IMG/VR virus record: IMGVR_UViG_3300033487_000013
Span: 1-46,402 of that record
DNA length: 46,402 nucleotides
Reading direction: 5' to 3' (one strand)
DNA from: a virus
Taxonomy: Duplodnaviria > Caudoviricetes
Shown in pieces: positions 9,644 to 19,287 of the stretch. Position numbers and translations under genes: made by a program. The stretch's first letter is position 1; each line of letters opens with the position of its first letter. The notes under the pieces were generated by a model, which saw only the letters and a program-made list of their open reading frames with translations, was not told the DNA's origin and searched no databases.

Positions 9644-9949
9644 ATGTTTACAGTAGATGGTTATAGAGTAAAATTTGAATATGCTAATATGATTTTACCT
9701 TTTGTACATCATAAAGATTTTATTAGAAAACCAGCCGATATTACTTTTTGTATAATTATTTCTCCAGATAATACAGTACAAGCTTGCTGTCCGGTTGTTA
9801 GATATTATAAGGATCAAAATAATAGAAATAATGCAAGGAAATATTCTTTAACTCATGCATTAGATATGTTATTTCCAGGAAAAGAAAATAAACAAATTCG
9901 AGCTAAATTTTGGAACGCTTATTTTGAAAAACTTGGAAAGGTAAAATAA
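9644..9949 (+). CDS. Hypothetical phage protein
   Basis: RBS present; D..NR..ARK.SL..AL pattern recalled from small phage proteins. Confidence 0.6.
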   Translation: MFTVDGYRVKFEYANMILPFVHHKDFIRKPADITFCIIISPDNTVQACCPVVRYYKDQNNRNNARKYSLTHALDMLFPGKENKQIRAKFWNAYFEKLGKVK

Positions 9950-9953
9950 TAAA

Positions 9954-10412
9954 ATGACTACAGGAATACAACAATTAGTTTTAGATTATATTCAAGAGGA
10001 AGATTGTTCACCATTAATATTTAGAAATAAATATACAAATCCAGACTATGAAGTAGACAAAATTAAAGAAATGCCTTTAGATGATTTAGTATATGAAGTG
10101 GTAAAATTATCCAATACTTATAATTCTTATAACGCTATTTCTACTTATTTAGAAACTTATAGAAACAGATGGCGATCTAGTTTAGATATTTGGAGACATT
10201 GTTTATACTTTAATAATGCAATTACTATTTTTCAAGTTATGGATTCTTTAGCTAGAAATAGATCTTTATATAATGGACATTTTTGTGGAGATATAGAAAG
10301 AAGAGTTTTTCGAGCAAAAATTTATACAAGAGAAAGTACATTATATGATCATGATACCGATGAATATGGTTTACATTTATATGAATGGGAAGGAATACAA
10401 AATGGAAATTAA
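9954..10412 (+). CDS. Hypothetical protein
   Basis: 152-aa ORF in operon. Confidence 0.65.
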   Translation: MTTGIQQLVLDYIQEEDCSPLIFRNKYTNPDYEVDKIKEMPLDDLVYEVVKLSNTYNSYNAISTYLETYRNRWRSSLDIWRHCLYFNNAITIFQVMDSLARNRSLYNGHFCGDIERRVFRAKIYTRESTLYDHDTDEYGLHLYEWEGIQNGN

Positions 10413-10746
10413 AACTATTTCTACAATTGATTATGATGAATTAGATAAAATGGTTAATGAATTATTCCCGAAAAGTAATTTTGAATTTGTTGCAGATAAT
10501 GAGGCTAATAATTATTCGGCATATCCTTTTAATGATGTAAAAAAAGAAGATTTCTTAAGGAACATGTTTCCTAAAGCAGAATTTGATGATCTTGATTATA
10601 GAGTAACTAAAAATAACTTTACTGAATTTCTGCAAAGAATTTCTGGAGAAAAGAATTTTCTATATCATGTATACGATATGATTCAATATTTAGTTTTCAT
10701 TGGTAAACTTCCAGAAGGAAATATTTTAGTTGAGGTTTCTTGGTAA
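10402..10746 (+). CDS. Hypothetical protein
   Basis: Start moved to MEIKT, after GAAGGAATACAAA. Confidence 0.65.
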   Translation: MEIKTISTIDYDELDKMVNELFPKSNFEFVADNEANNYSAYPFNDVKKEDFLRNMFPKAEFDDLDYRVTKNNFTEFLQRISGEKNFLYHVYDMIQYLVFIGKLPEGNILVEVSW

Positions 10747-10827
10747 TATAGAATACTAAAACTATATAAGTAGTCCAATTATTAAACAGGATTCTATTTT
10801 TAAAACTAAATTGAGTTGAGGAATAAA

Positions 10828-11241
10828 ATGGCAAGCATAGATAAAATTTATGGTACAAAAGAACAACACGATTTATTTTATAAATGGTGTGAAGAAAATT
10901 ATCCTAAAGCTTTAAAATATTTCTATGATTGGGATTTAGAATGGAATAATAATTTAGAACATCCAATAACAAATTTTCCTACAAAAATAGATATTTGGAT
11001 GTATAAAAATTGTCCTTTGGAATTTGTTGTAGAAACTATTAAAGAACAATATGGAGGCAGTCCAAAAGAAAATTTAAATTATAACTTTATTTTTCCTTGG
11101 TATTCATCAGCAAGAGAACCAAATCTGTATTTTTGGTTTGAAATAAATATCTTAGGGTATACTTTATTAGGATTAAATTTTGGATATAGATATTTTTGTT
11201 TCTCATTACTTGGATTTTATATTTCATTATGGAAGGATTGA
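10828..11241 (+). CDS. Hypothetical protein
   Basis: Start moved to MASIDK, after GAGGAATAAA. Confidence 0.6.
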   Translation: MASIDKIYGTKEQHDLFYKWCEENYPKALKYFYDWDLEWNNNLEHPITNFPTKIDIWMYKNCPLEFVVETIKEQYGGSPKENLNYNFIFPWYSSAREPNLYFWFEINILGYTLLGLNFGYRYFCFSLLGFYISLWKD

Positions 11242-11244
11242 AAA

Positions 11245-11403
11245 ATGATTCTAAAATGTACTTGCAAAAGTAATTATCAAGATAATTTATATGGAAAAGG
11301 ATATAGAGTATTTACTTCTACAAAAGATGGTTATCGTTGTAGTATTTGTAAAAGAGAAATTAAAGCTGGTTCAATAAAAGAAGAAAAGAAAGAAGGAAAA
11401 TAA
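11245..11403 (+). CDS. Small zinc-binding protein (52 aa, not in ORF track)
   Basis: MILKCTC...QD.LYGKG.RV...RCSIC; AAGGA RBS. Confidence 0.6.
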   Translation: MILKCTCKSNYQDNLYGKGYRVFTSTKDGYRCSICKREIKAGSIKEEKKEGK

Positions 11404-11490
11404 AATGATTACCGATCCAGATCCAAAAGATTCAGATTTAACTGATGAAGAAATAAAAATATTATTAATTGAAGGCGGAGATGATATGTG

Positions 11491-11835
11491 ATGTATAAAT
11501 TACTGACAATTAAAGATATTACAGAAATAGAGTTTGATAAAGAACCTGATGAAGTATTTATTACATTTAAACAAGGCGGAGAATGGGATGACTTTGTTGT
11601 TTTTACTAATATTTATACTTCTCTTATTAAATTATTAACACAAGCTAGATTTGTTGTTAAAATTCCTGACGGAAAAGAATTAAATATTTATTTAGATACT
11701 TCACAAATAAAGGAAGATATTTATTATTTAGCCTTTCCAGATCAATATTTAAGTTATAGCAAAGAAATTATAGAATATTTTCCTACTGTAGTTCAAATAA
11801 GAAAAATAAAAATGAATGGGAAATTTCAACTATGA
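11491..11835 (+). CDS. Hypothetical protein
   Basis: GGAG RBS; overlaps the ligase start. Confidence 0.6.
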   Translation: MYKLLTIKDITEIEFDKEPDEVFITFKQGGEWDDFVVFTNIYTSLIKLLTQARFVVKIPDGKELNIYLDTSQIKEDIYYLAFPDQYLSYSKEIIEYFPTVVQIRKIKMNGKFQL

Positions 11836-12722
11836 TTAAATATATGCACATAGAAAGATTAAATACAGACGATGTTGAAGGAATTTTAAATGGTACTATT
11901 TATATTCAACCTAAAATAGATGGTACTAATGGACAAGTTTATTTTGAAAATCCAACTATTCAATGTGCAAGTAGAAAACTTTTATTAGATGCTAATAATA
12001 CAAATCAAGGATTTTATAATTATGTTGTAGAAAATTCTGGAATGTTTATGGCTTATTTTCTAAAACATCCTTACCATATTTTATATGGAGAATGGTTAGT
12101 ACCACATACTTTAAAAACTTATAGAAAAGATGCTTGGAGAAAATTTTATATATTTGATGTATTTGATTCTTATTCCGGAATGTATTTAAATTATGATAAA
12201 TATTATTTAGAATTACAAGAATTTAATCTTCCTTTTGTTCCTGTAATTGGTAAACTTTATAATGCTAAAGAAGAAGATTTAATTAAATATTTAGAAAATA
12301 ATAAATTCTTAATAGAAGATGGTAAAGGATCTGGAGAAGGAATTGTAATAAAAAATTATGAATTTGTTAATAAATATGGTAGAGTTACTTGGGCTAAATT
12401 AGTTAGGAATGAATTTAAAGAGGATCATATTAAAACAATGGGATATCCAGAAGAACAATTAAAACCTATTGAATTATCTATTGCAGAAACGTTTGTAACA
12501 GAAGGTAGATTAAATAAAATCAAAGCTAAAATATTAACTGAAAAAGAAACTGGTTGGAATAGTAAATATATTCCAGAATATTTAGGAAGAATTTGGAATG
12601 AAATAGTTACAGAAGAAATGTGGAATATTTTAAAAGAATTTAAAAATCCTATAATTAACTTCAAGAATTTAAATAGATTTATTATTCATGTAACTAAAGA
12701 AATAGATAAAGAGGTTTTCTAA
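11832..12722 (+). CDS. RNA ligase, Rnl2-like nucleotidyltransferase
   Basis: Motif I KIDGTN, ASR, LYGEW, FYIFDV, EGIVIK, WAK. Confidence 0.85.
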   Translation: MIKYMHIERLNTDDVEGILNGTIYIQPKIDGTNGQVYFENPTIQCASRKLLLDANNTNQGFYNYVVENSGMFMAYFLKHPYHILYGEWLVPHTLKTYRKDAWRKFYIFDVFDSYSGMYLNYDKYYLELQEFNLPFVPVIGKLYNAKEEDLIKYLENNKFLIEDGKGSGEGIVIKNYEFVNKYGRVTWAKLVRNEFKEDHIKTMGYPEEQLKPIELSIAETFVTEGRLNKIKAKILTEKETGWNSKYIPEYLGRIWNEIVTEEMWNILKEFKNPIINFKNLNRFIIHVTKEIDKEVF

Positions 12723-12855
12723 TGAAAAGAATGTTTTTAAGTTGGATTTGTTCTTGGGTATATCTATTTTTAGATATAGGCGATATACTTACATTCACTT
12801 ATTTTAATTTAATGAGATATGGAATTATGTTTTCTATTTGGATGTCAACAAAACT

Positions 12856-13098
12856 ATGAAAAATAAAAAAGTAGATCTAATTACTAAAGAAGAATTACTT
12901 ACATTAGAAGATATGGCATCTACAATTGGAAATTATTCTACGCTATGTGCTCAATTAACTTTATCCGATAGATTAACTAAACAAACTAAAAAAGAATTAT
13001 GGAAAACTTGTTTAGAATTAACTAGAATTTCTACTAGATTTTCTTGTATGGTTATATTCAGTGATTTAATAGAGGATAAAATAAAATGCCAGAAATAA
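12856..13098 (+). CDS. Hypothetical protein
   Basis: ORF with ATG 12856; weak RBS. Confidence 0.45.
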   Translation: MKNKKVDLITKEELLTLEDMASTIGNYSTLCAQLTLSDRLTKQTKKELWKTCLELTRISTRFSCMVIFSDLIEDKIKCQK

Positions 13099-13265
13099 TA
13101 GATACTTCATTACGAGGAAAAATAGTTAATAGATTAGAACAATTAGAAATTGGTGAAGATGATTTGGATGGTTATATTAGAATATATTTTGAAGATGGTT
13201 CTTATGTAGAAATATCTTCTGCTTGTTCTTATCATGAGTTAAGCTATATAATTGAGGATAAATAA
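13086..13265 (+). CDS. Small hypothetical protein (59 aa, not in ORF track)
   Basis: GAGGATAAAATAAA-ATG; MPEIIDTSLRGK...IYFEDGS. Confidence 0.55.
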   Translation: MPEIIDTSLRGKIVNRLEQLEIGEDDLDGYIRIYFEDGSYVEISSACSYHELSYIIEDK

Positions 13266-13266
13266 A

Positions 13267-13500
13267 ATGAGAATTCTTACAAACAAAATCACTTATTTTG
13301 ATGATAATGGTATTGAAGTTAGTATAGTAGAACAAGATGAAATGTTTAAAGAATTATCTATTTTTGATTATACAATATCAAAAGGAGAATATTATAAAAT
13401 TATACTTAATAATCCAGAAAAAGTAAGATCATTAATTAAAACTTTAGATTCTGCTGTTCAATATCTAAAAGAAAATTATAGTACAATGATGGAGAAATAA
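13267..13500 (+). CDS. Hypothetical protein
   Basis: GAGGATAAATAAA-ATG. Confidence 0.6.
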   Translation: MRILTNKITYFDDNGIEVSIVEQDEMFKELSIFDYTISKGEYYKIILNNPEKVRSLIKTLDSAVQYLKENYSTMMEK

Positions 13501-13701
13501 AAATGGAAACAAAAATGAAAATAAATTTGATAGCTTATATGGTTTATATTGCATTAATCATGATTAATATTCCATTTATTCATAATGATTTTGATATAAA
13601 TCTTTTTTCAGTAGGATTTGTATCAGGAATATTAGTAGTGTCTATTATAAAAAATCTTATGGATTATTATATTTAGTAATAAATTTAAGTGGAGAAATAA
13701 A

Positions 13702-13899
13702 ATGACCCCGTTAGAAATTCTTTTAGAATTCATTAAAAATTTAGATATGAAAGAATATATTGTAGAAAATGGGTATGCAAATTTAACAAAAACAATTAGA
13801 ATTAGGATTAATAATCGGTTTTTAGAATTTGGATTTGATTCCAATACTGGTATTTTATTATGGAAAGACAGTGAATGTTTTTATTGTCAAGATTATTAA
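13702..13899 (+). CDS. Hypothetical protein
   Basis: GGAGAAATAAA-ATG; last gene before the terminator. Confidence 0.55.
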   Translation: MTPLEILLEFIKNLDMKEYIVENGYANLTKTIRIRINNRFLEFGFDSNTGILLWKDSECFYCQDY

Positions 13900-13920
13900 A
13901 ATAATTTCTTAAATAAGAAT

Positions 13921-13952
13921 AAAAATACCCCTCAATCGAGGGGTATTTTTTT
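13921..13952. terminator. Bidirectional rho-independent terminator
   Basis: AAAAATACCCCTC-AATC-GAGGGGTATTTTTTT, with A/T tracts on both sides, at the convergence of the + and - blocks. Confidence 0.92.
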
Positions 13953-13990
13953 GCCTTGTGATTCGTAATTTATTAAATAACTCCAGGTAA

Positions 13991-15871
13991 TTAGTCTTTG
14001 ATTCCTACATTTAATATCTGAAAACTTTTACTATTGTTCCTATAAATGGTAGAACTTTTTAATCCGCTTTCATACATTAACATATAAGCATTATATATAT
14101 CTTCGGGAGTTGAATTCTCTTTCATATTTATTGTTTTACTAATAGAATTATCAATAAATTTCTGCCACGCCGCTTGCATAAAAATATGCCTTTCCCAAGA
14201 AATATCAAAAGAAGTTAAGAAAGCAGATCCAATCGACTCCAAATTTTTAGGAATCCCTTTTAGTGTACCATGAATTTGAATATAATTTTTAATTTCTTCT
14301 CTGTCAGATTCTGAAAATCCATACTTGATTAATTTCTTTTCTAGAATGGGATTTATTTCTATAATTGAATCCTTAGCTACATTACCTATTCCTTCTGTAA
14401 TATTTCTTTTATAAGCCAAAGCAAAAAATGGTTCGATAGAACTATTTACTCCTGCTAATAAAGCAATAGTTCCTGTGGGTGCTAAAGAAGTAATGGCAAC
14501 ATTTCTTAATCCATTTTCTCTAATCTCTTCCATATTAAATTTATTCTTTTGAAATCTAGAGTGTAGGGATTTTTCTACTACATCTAAATTTACTTTCTTT
14601 TTATTGTATAGGTAGAAAGAACCCTTTTCTTTTGCTAGTTCAATTGATTCTAGCCAAGAAAAGAAAGAAATAAACCAGCTTAAATATTCTGCTAAATCTA
14701 AAGCATCATCAGAATCATATGGTATTTCTAATTCTGCTAATAAATCCGCCCATCCCATTACCCCTAATCCTAATCTTCTTAATCCTTTTGATTGTACATT
14801 TATATATTTAATGGGGGATTCAGAAACAGATTGTACATCATCTAAAAATCTAACTGCTAATCTAACTACGTATTCTAAATATTCTAAATCAATTGAATTA
14901 GTTTCCTCAATATAAAATGAATGTAAATTAATTGATCCTAAACAACATCCCTCTCCAGGAAATAAAAATAATTCTGAACAGGGATTACTAGAATTTAATT
15001 CCCCTATATAATGTACCATATTATCTTCGTTTATTCTATCAAAGAAAGCTATTCCAGGATCTCCACTTTCCCACGCCATTTTAGCCATTTTCATTAATAG
15101 TTCTTTTGCTTTTATAGTTTTTACAACTGATTTTCTATCGCTTCTAGAAATTAAATTCCAATCTAAATCTTCTTTACAAGCCTCCATAAAATCACTATTA
15201 ACTAATACAGAAATATTAAAATGAGTTAATTGATCGTCTTGTAAAGTCTTTTCTAGCACCTTAAAATATTTGCGTCCTTCTATATTCATTCCATTAACAT
15301 GTAAATTGCGAATATAGTCCTCCAAAATTCTAGCATTACGATCTATTAGTTTAGATTTAAAGGTAATAAAGTTTTCTATATCTGGATGATCAATATTTAG
15401 AAAAGCTATTTGTGCTCCTCTTCTACTTGCTTGAGATATTACTTCTCCTGTTTGATCAAATAAACTCATAAAAGAAAGTGGGCCAGATGCTTTTCCAGAA
15501 GTAGTTTTTATTGGTGCATTTTTTTCTCTTACTTTACTAAAATTATATCCTATTCCATATCCATGAGCAAATAATTCAGCGGCTTCTTTTAAAGTATTAT
15601 ATATACCATCTCTAGAATCTTCCACACCTAATACAATACAATTCATTAGATTACTTATACCTGAATTAGAATTAGCTAGTATTCTACCTCCGGGTATAAA
15701 ATTTTGATTGTAAATAACATTGAAAAATTTCTGGAAATATTCTTCTTTCTTTTCTCCTTCTGCATTAGCTATATAATTAGCCACTCTATAACAAGTTTCT
15801 TCCCAAGTTTCTTTTCCTTCCTTTGAATATTTTAGTTTATGTATTTTTGTTGCGGTGTCATTTAACTTCAT
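13991..15871 (-). CDS. nrdJ: Class II (adenosylcobalamin-dependent) ribonucleotide reductase
   Basis: PGGRIL..N..NC, ASGP.SF, RRGA, GDPG, NPCSE, CCLGSINL, LGLGVMG, APTGTI, SISKTIN; no beta-subunit gene nearby. Confidence 0.9.
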   Translation of the reverse strand: MKLNDTATKIHKLKYSKEGKETWEETCYRVANYIANAEGEKKEEYFQKFFNVIYNQNFIPGGRILANSNSGISNLMNCIVLGVEDSRDGIYNTLKEAAELFAHGYGIGYNFSKVREKNAPIKTTSGKASGPLSFMSLFDQTGEVISQASRRGAQIAFLNIDHPDIENFITFKSKLIDRNARILEDYIRNLHVNGMNIEGRKYFKVLEKTLQDDQLTHFNISVLVNSDFMEACKEDLDWNLISRSDRKSVVKTIKAKELLMKMAKMAWESGDPGIAFFDRINEDNMVHYIGELNSSNPCSELFLFPGEGCCLGSINLHSFYIEETNSIDLEYLEYVVRLAVRFLDDVQSVSESPIKYINVQSKGLRRLGLGVMGWADLLAELEIPYDSDDALDLAEYLSWFISFFSWLESIELAKEKGSFYLYNKKKVNLDVVEKSLHSRFQKNKFNMEEIRENGLRNVAITSLAPTGTIALLAGVNSSIEPFFALAYKRNITEGIGNVAKDSIIEINPILEKKLIKYGFSESDREEIKNYIQIHGTLKGIPKNLESIGSAFLTSFDISWERHIFMQAAWQKFIDNSISKTINMKENSTPEDIYNAYMLMYESGLKSSTIYRNNSKSFQILNVGIKD

Positions 15872-16436
15872 TATCTTCTATCCTCTTTAATTCTTTTTCA
15901 TATTCTCTTTGTCTCTTACTTTGTTCTCTTATACCGCAATAAAACCATCTATTATTTGTTACAATAGATAAAACGTGTGGTTCAAGAACTTCTTTATTAT
16001 AAGTTTCATATCTTGGATAAGTTACAATCAAGGTCATAAATAATTTATTGAATAAACTATGAACAATCCTATCTACTATATCTCTTAGAACTGCATAATC
16101 AATTGTTTTATTTGTTATTAATGCATCTTTATATATAGTCATTACTAATTCAGCATTCTCATGAAAAATTCTTGTAAAATATTTTTTATATTCATTTACT
16201 ATTGCATGATCATCTACCCACTCTTTCCAGCTATATTCTATTCTATATTCTTTTAATGTTTTCTCTACTACTTTAAAATATTTATCAGAGCATCTAATTA
16301 TATCTCCTTCTTCATCTTCAAAAAAGAAATGCCAGTCTGGATCTTTATATAAAACTTTGGCGTATAAAGTAAGTAAGGTAGTAAATCTAATTCCAAAAGG
16401 TATACCTTCTGGATATGTTAAATAAAATGTAATCAT
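15858..16436 (-). CDS. Hypothetical protein (weak resemblance to Lant_dehydr_C)
   Basis: 192-aa ORF; WHFF, IFHENAELV, IVHSLFNKL. Confidence 0.65.
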   Translation of the reverse strand: MITFYLTYPEGIPFGIRFTTLLTLYAKVLYKDPDWHFFFEDEEGDIIRCSDKYFKVVEKTLKEYRIEYSWKEWVDDHAIVNEYKKYFTRIFHENAELVMTIYKDALITNKTIDYAVLRDIVDRIVHSLFNKLFMTLIVTYPRYETYNKEVLEPHVLSIVTNNRWFYCGIREQSKRQREYEKELKRIEDNEVK

Positions 16437-16546
16437 TATTTACTTCTTTCTTAAAGGTTTACTTAAAATTCCCAAGAACTGTAAAAGTTTTATTACTGCT
16501 ACTACTAATCCAACTAATGCTCCAATAACTCCTAATATAAGTAATA

Positions 16547-17518
16547 TTAATTGCATGATAATTTACTCCTTTCTTTTAATATTCTTTCAATAGCTTCTTT
16601 ACAATACTCTTCTTTTCTTTCAATGCCGATCCACTTCCTAGAAAATTTCTCGGCTACGATAGCAGTTGTGCCTGATCCTATAAATGGGTCTAATACGACT
16701 CCAAAAATTTCGGGGCTACACGCTTTGATAGGAGTTTCTAGAAGATCTACAGGAAATACAGCAGTATGATTTGTAGTACCTCTCTCCTTGCCTATAGGAA
16801 TACTCCACACGCTTCTTTTATTCCTGCCTCTCTTTAATAATTTTTCTACATTTTTTCTATTGCCTCCAACTCTAGGGGCATTGGCTTTATAAGGATCTTT
16901 TAGATTAGAATCTATTCTTAGAATATTTCTCCTTTGATCTTTTAGACTCTGTGTGGATGGTTCAAACTGTTGCACAAAATAATATTTCTTAGTATGTAAA
17001 ACAAAATGATATATGAATTCATAATCTACTGTAAACTTCTTTTCATTGCTGGTAGGAAATGCATTGGTCTTATGCCAAATAAGAGTATGCTTTAATAACC
17101 ATCCATCCTTTCCCATAGCTACTGAAAATAAACTGGGTATATTACATAGAGTTCCTTCTGGAAGTAAAGGGACAACTTTAGTTGCTGAAAAAAAAGAACC
17201 GGAATTTGTAGTTTGTTTTGTAGTTTTTCCTCCACTACCGGGAGTTCTAGTAAAATATTTATCTCCTATATTTACAAATAGATTTCCGGAATCTTTCATC
17301 TTTGGTTTTAGATAATGAAAGATTCTAACTAGATTCTGTACATAAAATCTAAAATCTTCCTCCTGTCCAAGTTCATCATCTGCTACATATTTTCTAGCCA
17401 TCCAATAAGGAGGAGAAGTAAATACCATATCTACAGAATTATCTTCTAAAGTAGGAAGAACTTCTTCTGCCTTTCCTAAATACAAAGTACCATAATCATC
17501 CTGATAGTAAGGATTCAT
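16547..17518 (-). CDS. DNA N4-cytosine/N6-adenine methyltransferase (beta class)
   Basis: TSPPY precedes DPFIGSGTT; IWHK, HTAVFP. Confidence 0.92.
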   Translation of the reverse strand: MNPYYQDDYGTLYLGKAEEVLPTLEDNSVDMVFTSPPYWMARKYVADDELGQEEDFRFYVQNLVRIFHYLKPKMKDSGNLFVNIGDKYFTRTPGSGGKTTKQTTNSGSFFSATKVVPLLPEGTLCNIPSLFSVAMGKDGWLLKHTLIWHKTNAFPTSNEKKFTVDYEFIYHFVLHTKKYYFVQQFEPSTQSLKDQRRNILRIDSNLKDPYKANAPRVGGNRKNVEKLLKRGRNKRSVWSIPIGKERGTTNHTAVFPVDLLETPIKACSPEIFGVVLDPFIGSGTTAIVAEKFSRKWIGIERKEEYCKEAIERILKERSKLSCN

Positions 17519-17664
17519 CTTCTTTTTTCCATAACCTTTCTAATTCATAAATTACTTTTCTAAGATCTCTAGCACAAAGAGGACTTTCGTCTTTGGTTTC
17601 CATATAATTAATAACTACTTTTAACATCCTGATCATTTCTTCTCTATCCATTTTCAATTTCCTT

Positions 17665-17865
17665 CTAATCTCCTAAATGATAATTGTAGGCATAAGTAAT
17701 AATTTTTTCTACAACAGAAATTATTTCGTAATCTAACAAAGGAAACGATTCTTTTACTTTACGTCTAATCCCATCTAATAAATCTTCGCTATCTTTTAAA
17801 TATAAATCAAAATAATAATCTATTTTTGGCTTTAATAATATTCTTACACAAACAGAATAATACAT
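17665..17865 (-). CDS. Hypothetical protein
   Basis: GAAGGAAATTAAAA RBS. Confidence 0.5.
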   Translation of the reverse strand: MYYSVCVRILLKPKIDYYFDLYLKDSEDLLDGIRRKVKESFPLLDYEIISVVEKIITYAYNYHLGD

Positions 17866-17867
17866 TT

Positions 17868-18572
17868 TTAATTTCCTTCCAATTCAAATTGAATTCTATC
17901 CTCAGCTAATTGAAAAATAACTGGGTCATTTTCGATACCAATACAGCTACGATTATTCCTGAGACACCAGATAGCAGTAGAACCACTACCGAGAAAAGGA
18001 TCAAGAACAATATCCTCTTCGTCTGTAAAAGGTAAGAGCAAGCGTTCCATAAGCTTGAGTGGTTTCTGCCATTGTACATTATGTCCATCTAGTTTAATCC
18101 TTTCTTTTGAAGTAGTATGAAAGTTTCCTAAGTCATCAAATACATCACAAGGAATCTTTAATCCTGTCCCTTTCTTATCCAGAGAAGTACCAGCAGTTAC
18201 TTTAGGAATCATTATTCTTTCTGGATAAAATTTATAATCATTTCCTTTTGCATAAATTAAAATATCGTCATGCTTTTTTGGGAAACATCTTCTAGAGATA
18301 CCTCCCCATTCTTGTTTATAGATACACCAATTAATAAAATTATCTTCTCCTAAGATAAAATCTAACTCTAATTTATATTTATGAACGGTATGATAATCTG
18401 TTTGTACCATAAAAATTCCATTTGGCTTTAGTAACTGTAAAGATAATGCCATCCAGTAGAAATCATTACTTTCATAAATGCAATCTCCATAGATTAAATC
18501 TATTTTACCTTCCCAAGTGCCAATAAGATCCTCCGCTATTGACACATTATCTCCTTGAAATAATTTGATCAT
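17868..18572 (-). CDS. Beta-class DNA methyltransferase with atypical motif IV
   Basis: Start MIKLFQGD (ATGA overlap); LKPNG, KHD.IL.Y.K, QKP..L.ERL, DPFLGSGST; DCIY in place of DPPY. Confidence 0.82.
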   Translation of the reverse strand: MIKLFQGDNVSIAEDLIGTWEGKIDLIYGDCIYESNDFYWMALSLQLLKPNGIFMVQTDYHTVHKYKLELDFILGEDNFINWCIYKQEWGGISRRCFPKKHDDILIYAKGNDYKFYPERIMIPKVTAGTSLDKKGTGLKIPCDVFDDLGNFHTTSKERIKLDGHNVQWQKPLKLMERLLLPFTDEEDIVLDPFLGSGSTAIWCLRNNRSCIGIENDPVIFQLAEDRIQFELEGN

Positions 18573-18784
18573 ATTGATTTTCCAATCATCCAAGCACAAA
18601 AGATTACTGCTATTCCTAAGACTATCCATAAAATTATTGGCTGATTGAAGATGGTTATAGTAAGGGAGAGATAAAGTCCTACCGCAAGTGAAATAAATAT
18701 AGCTAATCCAATTATAAATTTAATTAAACCAATCCAAAATCCGGCTTCTTTTGTTTCTATTTCTTCTCCGATATAATCGTCCAT
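18569..18784 (-). CDS. Small two-TM membrane protein
   Basis: Two hydrophobic helices; AAGGA RBS. Confidence 0.55.
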   Translation of the reverse strand: MDDYIGEEIETKEAGFWIGLIKFIIGLAIFISLAVGLYLSLTITIFNQPIILWIVLGIAVIFCAWMIGKSI

Positions 18785-18798
18785 TCTATGTTTCCTTT

Positions 18799-19287
18799 CT
18801 AATCCCATCTATTAATTGTAGTATCATAAGTATTTTTATCTTTAAAAAGATTAAGTTGTTCAGGGCCATTCGCTAATTGAACTACTATGCCTCCAGTAGT
18901 TCCTCTGGCAGTTTTCATTCTAGGCTTGTCTGTAACAATTACTTTAGGAGATTCATTCTTAACGAAAATCATTTGACCTATAGGATCTCCTTTAGCAATA
19001 ACTCTATCGTAGTCTAAGGGATTAAATATTTTAAATAATATTTCACCTTCATATGTATAATCAACTACTCCTGCTCCAATTAAATGATCATTCTTAGATT
19101 TAGGTTTAAGAAGTCCTACAAATCCTTCTGGAAATTCTACAGATATTCCAGTCCTTGCAATCTTATAAGAGAAAGAATGAATAATATAGTCCTCTAGAGA
19201 ATAGAAATCCATCCCTGCATCTCCTTCATGGTTTACTGTAGGAGTGTAAGCATTTGAGTGAGACAGTCTTACTTTAACTTCTAGCAT
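18799..19287 (-). CDS. dut: Trimeric dUTPase (divergent)
   Basis: DAGMDF, TGI, GVVD.TY.GEI, KGD.IGQ, RG..GG. Confidence 0.85.
   Translation of the reverse strand: MLEVKVRLSHSNAYTPTVNHEGDAGMDFYSLEDYIIHSFSYKIARTGISVEFPEGFVGLLKPKSKNDHLIGAGVVDYTYEGEILFKIFNPLDYDRVIAKGDPIGQMIFVKNESPKVIVTDKPRMKTARGTTGGIVVQLANGPEQLNLFKDKNTYDTTINRWD

Noticed and set aside
613-13844. Short minus-strand ORFs in the left arm (613, 1851, 8735, 9224, 12425, 13632)
   Set aside because: Antisense to well-supported + strand genes, with no RBS or motifs
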